DNA of 54,422 nt from a virus (lineage: Duplodnaviria > Caudoviricetes): the IMG/VR virus record IMGVR_UViG_3300022745_000041, positions 1 to 54,422 of that record; one strand, given 5' to 3'. Positions 9,971-17,704 of this stretch are shown piece after piece (within the stretch, counting starts at the first letter, position 1; each line of letters begins with the position of its first letter). The position numbers and the translations under genes were made by a program. Below the pieces are notes generated by a model. The model did not search any database and was not told the origin of the DNA. It saw nothing but the letters and a program-made list of their open reading frames with translations.

Positions 9971-10198
9971 TTATTCAATCCTCCAAACGCTAACCGTGTT
10001 GCCGTTTGTCCGTGTCGTGAATCGTTTGCCCGCTTGCTTCAGCGATGGCTTGCGGCAACACGCCGCAAGCGTTTGCTGAACTTTGCGAACGCTTTGGTTT
10101 TCTGGAACTGTGATTGTGCGGCACTCCATAACACCCAGCGTGTTGAGTTTGTATTTATCCACTGAATACATCGGGGGAGGAATTGTTGCTTGCATCAC
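9971..10198 (-). CDS. Small basic hypothetical protein, possibly DNA-binding
   Basis: 75 aa ending FTTRT..VSVWRIE; abuts the helicase start. Confidence 0.7.
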   Translation of the reverse strand: MMQATIPPPMYSVDKYKLNTLGVMECRTITVPENQSVRKVQQTLAACCRKPSLKQAGKRFTTRTNGNTVSVWRIE

Positions 10199-10386
10199 TC
10201 CACCTCCTCTCTTGCTTTCGCAACGTCGTCATAGTGTTCGTCCTCGTCTTTTACTGTCGTCATCCGTTGCCGTCTGGCACTGGCCACCATTCGGCGCTGT
10301 TTGTCGTCACAGTCGAGCGTGTCGTGTTCGCGTTCCATCGCGGGGATTCCTGAGAAAGAGGGGAAGAAAGAAAACGCAAACGACAT
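10195..10386 (-). CDS. Hypothetical protein (start uncertain)
   Basis: Stop overlaps the next start; no motif. Confidence 0.4.
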   Translation of the reverse strand: MSFAFSFFPSFSGIPAMEREHDTLDCDDKQRRMVASARRQRMTTVKDEDEHYDDVAKAREEVE

Positions 10387-10475
10387 CTCGCAACTGTGCT
10401 GCCGTCGTTGACCGGCCTAGTCGCGGAGTTGGGACATCGCCATTCGTCGCGATAGTCGTTTGCGTTTGTGAGAGA

Positions 10476-10555
10476 TTCGCAGGCAGTGCGTGGTAACAGC
10501 CTCGTCCGGTGCGAAAGGTCATAACCTACGGGGTTGGCTGCACACTGCCTGCGAA
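10476..10555 (-). ncRNA. Long-stem structured RNA candidate immediately 3' of the tRNA-like element
   Basis: Perfect 13-bp inverted repeat (10476-10488 / 10543-10555), extended by a G-U pair on the minus strand, plus an inner CAGCC/GGCTG helix. Confidence 0.45.
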
Positions 10556-10557
10556 AT

Positions 10558-10626
10558 TGAATCGGGCGGGAGTCGAACCCGCATTGGAAGCTGTCGCTTC
10601 CGTGATACCAATTACACTACCGACTC
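10558..10626 (-). tRNA. tRNA-like element with a 4-nt (GACA) anticodon loop; cannot decode as written
   Basis: GAGTCGG-TA-GTGTAATTGGTATCAC-G-GAAGC GACA GCTTC-CAAT-GCGGG TTCGACT CCCGC-CCGATTC-A. No encoded CCA. Confidence 0.8.
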
Positions 10627-10633
10627 ACTTGAA

Positions 10634-11125
10634 CTAAGCCGTTGCCCACGGTGCCGATTCGGCTGCCGCAACTGGTGGAACTGACTCATTGGCCAGCGTG
10701 TTGACAGGAGGCGTCGGCATTGCGGTGCCGCTGATCGCCTTCGGCTTTTTCAGGACGTTTTGCAAACCTTCATCAGTCTCGCGGATATCGATGTATCCCA
10801 TGAACGGCTTGCTGATTTGGCCACCAGGACCGTTTAGCAACTGGTTTGAGTCCGTGATCTTGCTAACACCGATCGCCTCACAGATTTTCTTGAGCAAGTT
10901 CTCGCTGATTGCCTGCGCAGTCGCGTTTTTGTTCTTGATGTTCAAGCCTTCAAAAAACGATCGGTTGGCGTACTGTCCCCCGCATACCGTGAATTTCAAG
11001 TTGAGCCGAAGCCCGTCGTTCGCTTTCGTCGGTTTCAGTTCGACGCTACTGATCACGAGTCGTTGTTCCCCTTTCGGAATAACGTCGCTCACAACCTTGC
11101 TTGTGTCAAAATCTAACGCTGCCAT
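10634..11125 (-). CDS. DUF669-like single-stranded DNA-binding protein
   Basis: IPKGE...VELKPTKANDG..LNLKFTV..GQYANR; Pro/Ala tail ending PWATA; lies next to a Sak4-like ATPase. Confidence 0.75.
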   Translation of the reverse strand: MAALDFDTSKVVSDVIPKGEQRLVISSVELKPTKANDGLRLNLKFTVCGGQYANRSFFEGLNIKNKNATAQAISENLLKKICEAIGVSKITDSNQLLNGPGGQISKPFMGYIDIRETDEGLQNVLKKPKAISGTAMPTPPVNTLANESVPPVAAAESAPWATA

Positions 11126-11182
11126 AACGTTGCCCTTTCGGAGCTTGAGCCGGTGCCTGTGCGTCTCGACAGAGAACGTCAG

Positions 11183-12013
11183 TTACCCGGCGACTGAGAG
11201 AACGGGAGTTGTCGCGGCCTGTGGCAAATACTGGCCAATCAGGTCGTGATAGGTTGATGTCTTCAAGACCGGGATTTCTTCGGGCAAGTTTCGGATTCGA
11301 GACTTCGCTACGTAGCCCGGTTTCTTCACCGTGAACAAACTGCGATTACCTGACTCCACCGCAACGCCCCGCTGGCGGTTGAAGCCCTCGTCTTTCTGAA
11401 TAACCATCGTGTGATAGTTGAAGAAGAGAAACTCGTCACACCAATCGCGAATGAGTGCCGAAGACTTGGCCTGCAATCGCGGACTGTAGTAGTTGTAAGA
11501 CTCGCCAAGCGGGTCTTGAAACTTTTCGATCTGATAGTGCGACAACAACACGATCTCAAGATTGCGGTTGATGTTGAGCCACTCAAGCGCGTTCAGGATC
11601 GTTTGCCAGACGTCGCACATCAGCCCGACGTCTTTCCCGTAGCCACGGTCTGCGTCTGAATATCGTTGATGTACGTGGGCTTCGACCTTCTTGTGCAGCC
11701 CGTCGATCGTATCAACAACTAACGTTTGGAATGGCAACGTCTGTTGCGACGCCATTCCGCCGATCAATTCCGCGAGCGACAACCCGCTGCCGATTCGGCA
11801 ACCGTTTCGCATATCGCCTATCTCGGAAATCATCGGGAACGATTGCACTCCCTCAATATCTCGCAAACCGTCTTCGGTTGGCAGGAAAACAGGGTTTGGC
11901 CACTTCGCGCCCAGTGATGACTTGCCGATCCCTTCCGGTCCGTAAATCCCTGTTCGTCTCGCCCGCTTCTTAGCGTTCGGATTAAACAGGAGGTCGAGAA
12001 TACTTTCAGACAT
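11183..12013 (-). CDS. AAA_24 / Sak4-like recombination ATPase
   Basis: IYGPEGIGKS, TEDG, LVVDTID, LLSH, DWCDEFLF and AKSR motifs. Confidence 0.88.
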   Translation of the reverse strand: MSESILDLLFNPNAKKRARRTGIYGPEGIGKSSLGAKWPNPVFLPTEDGLRDIEGVQSFPMISEIGDMRNGCRIGSGLSLAELIGGMASQQTLPFQTLVVDTIDGLHKKVEAHVHQRYSDADRGYGKDVGLMCDVWQTILNALEWLNINRNLEIVLLSHYQIEKFQDPLGESYNYYSPRLQAKSSALIRDWCDEFLFFNYHTMVIQKDEGFNRQRGVAVESGNRSLFTVKKPGYVAKSRIRNLPEEIPVLKTSTYHDLIGQYLPQAATTPVLSVAG

Positions 12014-12054
12014 AACATACCCCTTCTTAGTTATTGCGTTCGTGAGTGTATCAG

Positions 12055-12285
12055 TTAAACCGCTTGATGTGTTGTTACTGTGTGCGTTTCGAGTTGTTGT
12101 CGTTGCTGACTAAGTCGTTCGAGGAAGCCGTAATAATGCGACTCGATTGCCGCTGCGCTAAGATCATCCAGTGCGTCAAGCTCTGCGATCGCTTCGTCAA
12201 TCACCGCGAGCGACTCTTCGCGGACCTTGCGTCGTTTCTCGTGCATCGCATTGCGCCATTGTTGCGCTTCAGTGCATGTGAACAT
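12055..12285 (-). CDS. Hypothetical coiled-coil protein
   Basis: 76-aa ORF with a GGAG RBS. Confidence 0.6.
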   Translation of the reverse strand: MFTCTEAQQWRNAMHEKRRKVREESLAVIDEAIAELDALDDLSAAAIESHYYGFLERLSQQRQQLETHTVTTHQAV

Positions 12286-12490
12286 CTTTCGTTACTCCGT
12301 TAAATGTTAGTGAAACAAAAGTTGATGCGTCCGTGGTATGGCTCCCGTTGCATCCTGCGGTAGGAAATCTCGCGGCACGTTGGCCACGCACCAGGCTCAT
12401 GTGGACCTGAACTTCCCGGTACTCACGGCTTTCCGGCAATCGAGACACTTGCGAACTCGTTAAGGCTATAGCGAGCCTGTTGCGTAAGTG

Positions 12491-12742
12491 TTATTTATTG
12501 CGTGCGGCAATCATCGCGTCAGCCATGCGGTAGTACATTTCCGCCATGCCTAACAGGGTGTCATCAGTGATAGAACTTCCGATCACTCCAACGTCACTAC
12601 TCTGCGCCGCCCAATCTCCCTGCATGGCCTTCGCGGCGAAGTAATCGCGAAGAGACATGCCTTCTTGCCCGTTGTTGCGGGCGTCGTTCGTGACCGGAAA
12701 CGCAAAGCCACCCGCATTAAGCACTGTGTAGTCGCTACGCAT
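12491..12742 (-). CDS. Conserved phage hypothetical protein
   Basis: GGFAFP...GMSLRDYFAAKAMQ...YRMADAMIAAR, a widespread phage motif. Confidence 0.85.
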   Translation of the reverse strand: MRSDYTVLNAGGFAFPVTNDARNNGQEGMSLRDYFAAKAMQGDWAAQSSDVGVIGSSITDDTLLGMAEMYYRMADAMIAARNK

Positions 12743-12744
12743 AC

Positions 12745-13641
12745 TCAGCCTGCCTTTCTTCTTTTCTTCTCAACCCCCAACATGGCATCAACGCAATGCC
12801 ACACATGAATCTCGTCAGCCTCGCCGCTGATGAACTGGCTGAAAGAGACGCAAAAGTCCCGGAATAAATCCGGGCAATCCTCTGACGTAACTGCCGACGT
12901 GAACCACTTCTTCAGCGCCGCCATTGTCATTGTGCGGCCTGACTCGCCCGCTTCTTTGCGTGACTTATCGACGGTTGCCTTAACGTCTGCGGTCGTGACT
13001 TTCGGATCGACGTCGCCTGTTTTGAGCCACTCGTTTTCCAGCCAATTCAATTGGCCAGCATCATCCAGCGAACCAAGCTCCTCCGCAGCCGTTGAACTCA
13101 ATTTGCCTTTGGCCACGAGGTTCTTGATCGGCTCAATAAGATTTAACAGTCGTGATAACTGCCGCACTCGACTGTCGCTCATGCGGTAATGCTTACCGAT
13201 CTCGGCAGATGTCATCTTGTGGACGGATCGCATTACCTCTTGATTGGTCGCATCGTCTAACGGTGTTGTTTGTCGTCGGTGGACGTTCTCAATCACGGTT
13301 CGCAAGAATGCCTGCTTTGCATCGAGCACCTTTTCACTAACGACACTGACCCACAACGGAATCTTGTCGAGGTTGGTACGAGTCTTATTGAGCAACTCAA
13401 TCGCGGCGAACCTCGTGAAGCCACTCAGTAGAGTCAGCGTTCCGGCACTATTACGACTACAAACCACCGGCTGTTGCTGGCCAAAGACGTCGATTGACTC
13501 TGCCATTAACTCAACCGCAAGTTCATCGTTCTGGTCAACACGCCCGCGTTTCGAGCGATCTACTATCAGTTGCGATGTATCGTGCAACCGAAAAGTATCG
13601 TGCCTCTCGGCCTCATAGACTGGATTGATGGTCGGCAACAT
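12745..13641 (-). CDS. ParB/Srx-like protein with HTH
   Basis: SIDVFGQQQPVV, LLSGFTRFAA and ENVHR motifs, then an HTH (SAEIGKHYRMSDSRVRQL). Confidence 0.8.
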   Translation of the reverse strand: MLPTINPVYEAERHDTFRLHDTSQLIVDRSKRGRVDQNDELAVELMAESIDVFGQQQPVVCSRNSAGTLTLLSGFTRFAAIELLNKTRTNLDKIPLWVSVVSEKVLDAKQAFLRTVIENVHRRQTTPLDDATNQEVMRSVHKMTSAEIGKHYRMSDSRVRQLSRLLNLIEPIKNLVAKGKLSSTAAEELGSLDDAGQLNWLENEWLKTGDVDPKVTTADVKATVDKSRKEAGESGRTMTMAALKKWFTSAVTSEDCPDLFRDFCVSFSQFISGEADEIHVWHCVDAMLGVEKKRRKAG

Positions 13642-13949
13642 TACTCATCATCTCCCATATCGAACTCGAAGCCGTCGTATTCATAGCCGCTGTCGTCTTG
13701 CGTATTGCCAGACGCGTTAGCAGCGATCGTGGCACTGATTGCCGCGCTCGTGCTGCATGGATCGCTTGAGACTGGCCCACGTGGTTCACCGAGTTGCCGC
13801 CTGGAGTTGCGATCACCCGGATGAAAGATCGGGCAGTTGTTTTCGAGCCGCTCAATCATCAGGTTGACCTTCTCGACCGATCCTGGTTGCAGGTCAGTTG
13901 GTTGGTAGTCGTAGCCAGAAGTTTTTTTAGCTTGGTTGCATAATGTCAT
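13641..13949 (-). CDS. Hypothetical protein with acidic tail
   Basis: PTDLQPGSVEKV..MIER...PIFHPGD motif; likely start at 13949. Confidence 0.65.
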   Translation of the reverse strand: MTLCNQAKKTSGYDYQPTDLQPGSVEKVNLMIERLENNCPIFHPGDRNSRRQLGEPRGPVSSDPCSTSAAISATIAANASGNTQDDSGYEYDGFEFDMGDDE

Positions 13950-14098
13950 GCTCGCATCCTTGCGAAATGAGCTTGAAACGTTAGTGTGGAAAGAGAACAG
14001 AAACCAAACAGCGTGCGCCGTGGGGATCAGCCGCACACTTGCATCCGTGCCAGCGTGTTTTACAACGTCACGCTGTTTGGTTTAGTGCGGTGATAAGA

Positions 14099-14467
14099 TT
14101 ATGCGTTGCAGGCCATTGAATCTTTCATGTCTTGCAACGCGGCACGTCGGGACTCGGAGCGGAGCTTCTCAGTCTTGAGTTGAGCATCTAACGATCGCAA
14201 GCAGCCCCGGATTCTCTTGTTCTCTTTGCGGAGCTTCTCGATTTCCGCCGCTTGAAAGCGAATCGTTTCGACGACGCTTGCCATCTCGGTATTTAACCCA
14301 CTCGGCTGCGGACATTGTCGGCCATTGTTCATCGCGAACTCTGGCCAATTCGGCTGACTCAATTGCGCAGGCGTCTGGATGACAGAATCTAAAAGCATCA
14401 ATTGGCTCCTGATAAGCAAGTTTGTGGCGGATATCGTTATTGAGGAAATAATCGTTAGCGGCGTCAA
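14099..14467 (-). CDS. Hypothetical coiled-coil protein (start uncertain)
   Basis: C-terminal heptad-rich region. Confidence 0.55.
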   Translation of the reverse strand: MTPLTIISSITISATNLLIRSQLMLLDSVIQTPAQLSQPNWPEFAMNNGRQCPQPSGLNTEMASVVETIRFQAAEIEKLRKENKRIRGCLRSLDAQLKTEKLRSESRRAALQDMKDSMACNA

Positions 14468-14608
14468 TCACATACTGAGGCGACGACAACATTTTGCGAG
14501 CCTCCGTTGAGTCTGTTTGCGGTGTCGTTCGAGTTCGCGCTGTAGCGAGCGTTTCGATACGACCCTGGCAACGTGTGACCAATAAGTCTTGAGGCGTAAG
14601 TCTTCCAT
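14468..14608 (-). CDS. Small basic hypothetical protein (46 aa, not in the ORF track)
   Basis: AGGGAG RBS, then ATG at 14608. Reads MEDLRLKTYWSHVARVVSKR...RRLSM*. Confidence 0.5.
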   Translation of the reverse strand: MEDLRLKTYWSHVARVVSKRSLQRELERHRKQTQRRLAKCCRRLSM

Positions 14609-14609
14609 A

Positions 14610-14942
14610 ACGTTCGCTCCCTGTTAGTTGCTGACGCTGAGGTCAATCAGAGATTCTGACTCAACCTCGCCACGGTATCGGCACCACGCCGCAAGAAACG
14701 CCTTGGCTTCTGTCTCTGGAATGTAAATCGCATTCGCCCAATCGTTAGCATCAAAGTCCCAACGAGTCTTCGACGTGATGACGCTCAGCCCGTTTGGCTC
14801 AGATTCTGTCATCCTCGGCGGATACGGCCCGCATCTCAGTTTGACGCAGTGCTGCACGTCAGCGAGTGCGACGATGCACGATTTTCCGTCGTAAATTGAT
14901 TCAGTCACAGTCTTCATACGTTCGCTCCCTGTTAGTTGCTGA
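14610..14942. repeat. 25-bp direct repeat (14610-14634 and 14918-14942) bracketing gene 14624-14917
   Basis: ACGTTCGCTCCCTGTTAGTTGCTGA is present in both copies. Confidence 0.9.
14624..14917 (-). CDS. Hypothetical phage protein
   Basis: 97-aa ORF with an AGGGAG RBS. Confidence 0.75.
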   Translation of the reverse strand: MKTVTESIYDGKSCIVALADVQHCVKLRCGPYPPRMTESEPNGLSVITSKTRWDFDANDWANAIYIPETEAKAFLAAWCRYRGEVESESLIDLSVSN

Positions 14943-15192
14943 TGGCGACAGATTGCGTGAAGGCTTTCGGCTGTCGCGTTGCGGTTCGCTGGCCACGGTT
15001 CGGCGGCTCTTTCGCGAGTTGCTCACCGAGGTATCGCAACCACTCTGATCCAAGGAAGTATTTGCGACTCCCCACCCAGCTAGCTCGCAAGCCGTTGTCT
15101 TCCGCGATTCGGATTGCGTCGCGGCCTAGCCCTGTGATTGCCGAGAACACCTTTGGCTCATACGCCTCATTGGCGTTAATGACTCCGCCCAT
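14932..15192 (-). CDS. Small excisionase/MerR-like HTH DNA-binding protein
   Basis: FSAITGLGRDAIR...GLRASWVGSRKYFLGSEWLRYL; first gene after the long non-coding gap. Confidence 0.6.
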   Translation of the reverse strand: MGGVINANEAYEPKVFSAITGLGRDAIRIAEDNGLRASWVGSRKYFLGSEWLRYLGEQLAKEPPNRGQRTATRQPKAFTQSVAISN

Positions 15193-15263
15193 GATTGTTT
15201 CCCCTTTCCCTGTTTCGCGGTTTCGCGGTCAGTCGCGTCTCAGTCGCATGTCTGACACGATGA

Positions 15264-15292
15264 ATTAGACCCAGTGGCGAAAATAAAAACAA
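15264..15292 (-). promoter_or_regulatory. Possible sigma70-type promoter for the early/replication operon
   Basis: TTGTTT-17 bp-TCTAAT inside the 275-bp non-coding gap 15193-15467. Confidence 0.3.
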
Positions 15293-15467
15293 GCTAAAGC
15301 TGAATGATAGCGCCAAAGAAAATCGACTGATTCAGTTGCAAATCGTTGTCGGCGTTGGGATAAACGATTTTGATAATTTTCAAAAATGTTCCCGGAATGC
15401 CAACGTTTTCGTCGAAGTTAGCGACCTGAAATCGACTATCTGTCAGCCGCACAGTAGACGCAATTGA

Positions 15468-16028
15468 TCAAATCTGCGTGAACGCCGGAACTGGATTTGG
15501 AAAGCGGCCTAGCAATTTCGCCGCGTGATTGTTGTTGTCGGCGTTAAACGGCACGCTTGTGATTGGCCTGTCGTCAGTGCATTTGCCTTGGATCATCGCG
15601 TCACGCAGCACCGTCAGCGAACTGATTGCTTTCGTGACGTGGCTCAGCCCGCTTTCAATATCCGTATCCTCGCCCTCCCACCATTGCGCAAGGTGTCTCA
15701 TCGTGGCGTCGAAATAGACGCTCGCCCGCACGCCGATCGCACGCCAGTTGTGCCGCCCGTACTTCAACCCGCCTTCCATCAAGGCTAGTCCAATCTCTTG
15801 CATGACCGGCATTGGCACGCACGACAGCGGCACTTTCGCGATGCCGATAGCGTCCTTCGGGTTCGATGGCTTTTCGACTTTGTCGTGCGTCACGGTTGTC
15901 GTGCGTATCTGCGGCGCTTCGGTTGCGGTGTAGTCGTCGTTGAGTTGCGTCACGGTGTGACTTTTTCGTCGGCTTGCCGCGATGTCTGCCGCTTCCGCGT
16001 GAATGTAGTTGATGCCTTTGGGTGTCAT
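15468..16028 (-). CDS. dATP/dGTP diphosphohydrolase (DUF5664 family)
   Basis: NPKDAIGIAKVPLS, EGGLKYGRHNWR, ATMRHL and D.ESGLSH motifs. Confidence 0.85.
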   Translation of the reverse strand: MTPKGINYIHAEAADIAASRRKSHTVTQLNDDYTATEAPQIRTTTVTHDKVEKPSNPKDAIGIAKVPLSCVPMPVMQEIGLALMEGGLKYGRHNWRAIGVRASVYFDATMRHLAQWWEGEDTDIESGLSHVTKAISSLTVLRDAMIQGKCTDDRPITSVPFNADNNNHAAKLLGRFPNPVPAFTQI

Positions 16029-16357
16029 ATTGAAAGCTCCTTGCAGGTTGTGGCGTCAATGAATTTCAGGCCCAAGAATTTGCCCAATGCGACTTCAACC
16101 GCGCAGCCTTTGGAGTTCTCCCATCCGGGCATCAACGCAATCGTGTCGCATTGGTCGATGATGGCCAGAACGTCTCGCCGCATACACCCGCGAACGTCAG
16201 GCGTTGTGGTCGCTGTTGGATCAAATCCGTGGTCACGGTCGAGCTCAGCGGGACTGATAACGCTGTAGCCATGTCCGCGCAGGTAAGCCGCGCACGTATC
16301 GAACGCAGGGAAGTTGTACAGTGGAATTGACCTCATAGGTCCAGCCAGATAAATCAT
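16025..16357 (-). CDS. DUF4406 / nucleoside 2-deoxyribosyltransferase-like protein
   Basis: MIYLAGPM...NFPAF, VISPAE and CDTIALMPGWENSKGCAVE motifs. Confidence 0.85.
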   Translation of the reverse strand: MIYLAGPMRSIPLYNFPAFDTCAAYLRGHGYSVISPAELDRDHGFDPTATTTPDVRGCMRRDVLAIIDQCDTIALMPGWENSKGCAVEVALGKFLGLKFIDATTCKELSI

Positions 16358-16560
16358 CGCCCCGCCCCTTTCAGAAGTTCATCCATCCAATTGACGCTCG
16401 GAACTTTCTTCGCGTCGTTCCAAGTCTTAGCCAGCATCCGCCTGAACTCTTCAATCGACAGGCTGAGCCGGTCGGCAGACCTCAGTGATGGATTGCTGGC
16501 CACCAGTGATTGCCAGTAGGAATTGAAGTCGCTCACGATTACCTCGATTGCAGAAGCCAC
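16354..16560 (-). CDS. Hypothetical protein
   Basis: 68-aa ORF coupled to both neighbours. Confidence 0.55.
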   Translation of the reverse strand: MASAIEVIVSDFNSYWQSLVASNPSLRSADRLSLSIEEFRRMLAKTWNDAKKVPSVNWMDELLKGAGR

Positions 16561-17222
16561 GGCTCAAAATACGCTTGTTTTCCGTCACACACGACACCGC
16601 AACCGAGAACCGGCTTGGCTGCGAATCGCTTGCCATAGTCGAACTGCAACTGGCCAGCATCAATTCCGCAACCGACCGATAGGCCGAACACCCGGAACTC
16701 CGGATTCGCCCACCAACGCACGCCCGCTTGGCTGTGGAAATGTCCGACGACCGTTGATCGGAAATTATCTTTGCATTGCAGGAACGCCGCGTTTTGTCCA
16801 CCTTTGCCGCAATCGCCGTGTGAGTACAGCACGCCATCAATCGGGAGCTTGCTAAAGCGTGGGTGTGCCTTCCAGCCGCCGACTTCCCAAACCTCTTCAT
16901 ACGATCGCAGGAGCGTTGTTGGTATGCCCGCCGTCGTGGCTTGTCGTTCCGTCAGCGCGTCGTGATTGCCGATCATCCAATCGACTTTCGGAAACGCTGC
17001 ATGGAGTTGATCGACTTGCTTCTGCGCCCGCTTGAACTCTTCCATCGTGCCTTTGATGTGCGGGCTTTTCTCGTGATAGCTGATTGATGCCCAATCGACC
17101 AAGTCGCCGATGTGAACAACTTTATCTACGCCCCAGCGATCCGCGATACGTTGTAAAAAATCAACGTATCCTTTCCGCATTCCGGGGCAGTGCGTATCAC
17201 CGATCACGAGTACAGTCGCCAT
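16539..17222 (-). CDS. Calcineurin-like metallophosphoesterase
   Basis: GDTH, GDLVD, GNHD, SHGD and GHFH motifs. Confidence 0.9.
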   Translation of the reverse strand: MATVLVIGDTHCPGMRKGYVDFLQRIADRWGVDKVVHIGDLVDWASISYHEKSPHIKGTMEEFKRAQKQVDQLHAAFPKVDWMIGNHDALTERQATTAGIPTTLLRSYEEVWEVGGWKAHPRFSKLPIDGVLYSHGDCGKGGQNAAFLQCKDNFRSTVVGHFHSQAGVRWWANPEFRVFGLSVGCGIDAGQLQFDYGKRFAAKPVLGCGVVCDGKQAYFEPWLLQSR

Positions 17223-17502
17223 CCGTGGCCTGTGTGCTTTCGTTGGTGTAACCGAGCTTTGTGAGTATCCTCGCGGCATCCTCCGCGAATTCTTGCACTA
17301 ACTCTTCTGAGGCGTCCCAATGTGCGGCATGAAGTATTTCATGCAACAGGATTTCAAGTCGATGCTGGCCACTTAGTCGGGAGTCAATGCGGATATGCTT
17401 TCCGGGCGTTGTTGGTGCATCACAGAAGCCCCAGGAGTTGAGACCGTCGCGGATGCGTTCAAAGACTAGCTTCCAGCGTTTACCCCTAACAGTGACATTC
17501 AT
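17197..17502 (-). CDS. Small HEXXH zinc-metallopeptidase-like protein
   Basis: WGFCD...IRIDSRL...ILLHEILHA...EELV. Confidence 0.7.
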   Translation of the reverse strand: MNVTVRGKRWKLVFERIRDGLNSWGFCDAPTTPGKHIRIDSRLSGQHRLEILLHEILHAAHWDASEELVQEFAEDAARILTKLGYTNESTQATDGDCTRDR

Positions 17503-17693
17503 GAGAGGCAATACCCCGTCGCCATACGATCGTTCGGCCCTCTTATATCAGATTTAGTGAGTGGTAGCGAATCGAGAAGCCGCAATAACGTGCGTAACGG
17601 CAGTCCAGTGAGTTGCCGTAACTGTTCTGCTGTGCGTGGCACGTTGAGCCAACGGCGAAGCAGCGTGATGTTGTTGGTGATGAGTTTTGGCAT
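17499..17693 (-). CDS. Small winged-HTH-like protein
   Basis: PRTAEQLRQLTGLPLRTLLRLLD. Confidence 0.5.
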   Translation of the reverse strand: MPKLITNNITLLRRWLNVPRTAEQLRQLTGLPLRTLLRLLDSLPLTKSDIRGPNDRMATGYCLS

Positions 17694-17704
17694 TTTGTGT
17701 TATG

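Noticed and set aside
15468-16028. 2-aminoadenine (Z) genome system
   Set aside because: No PurZ, DatZ-like HD hydrolase or phage DNA polymerase was recognised.
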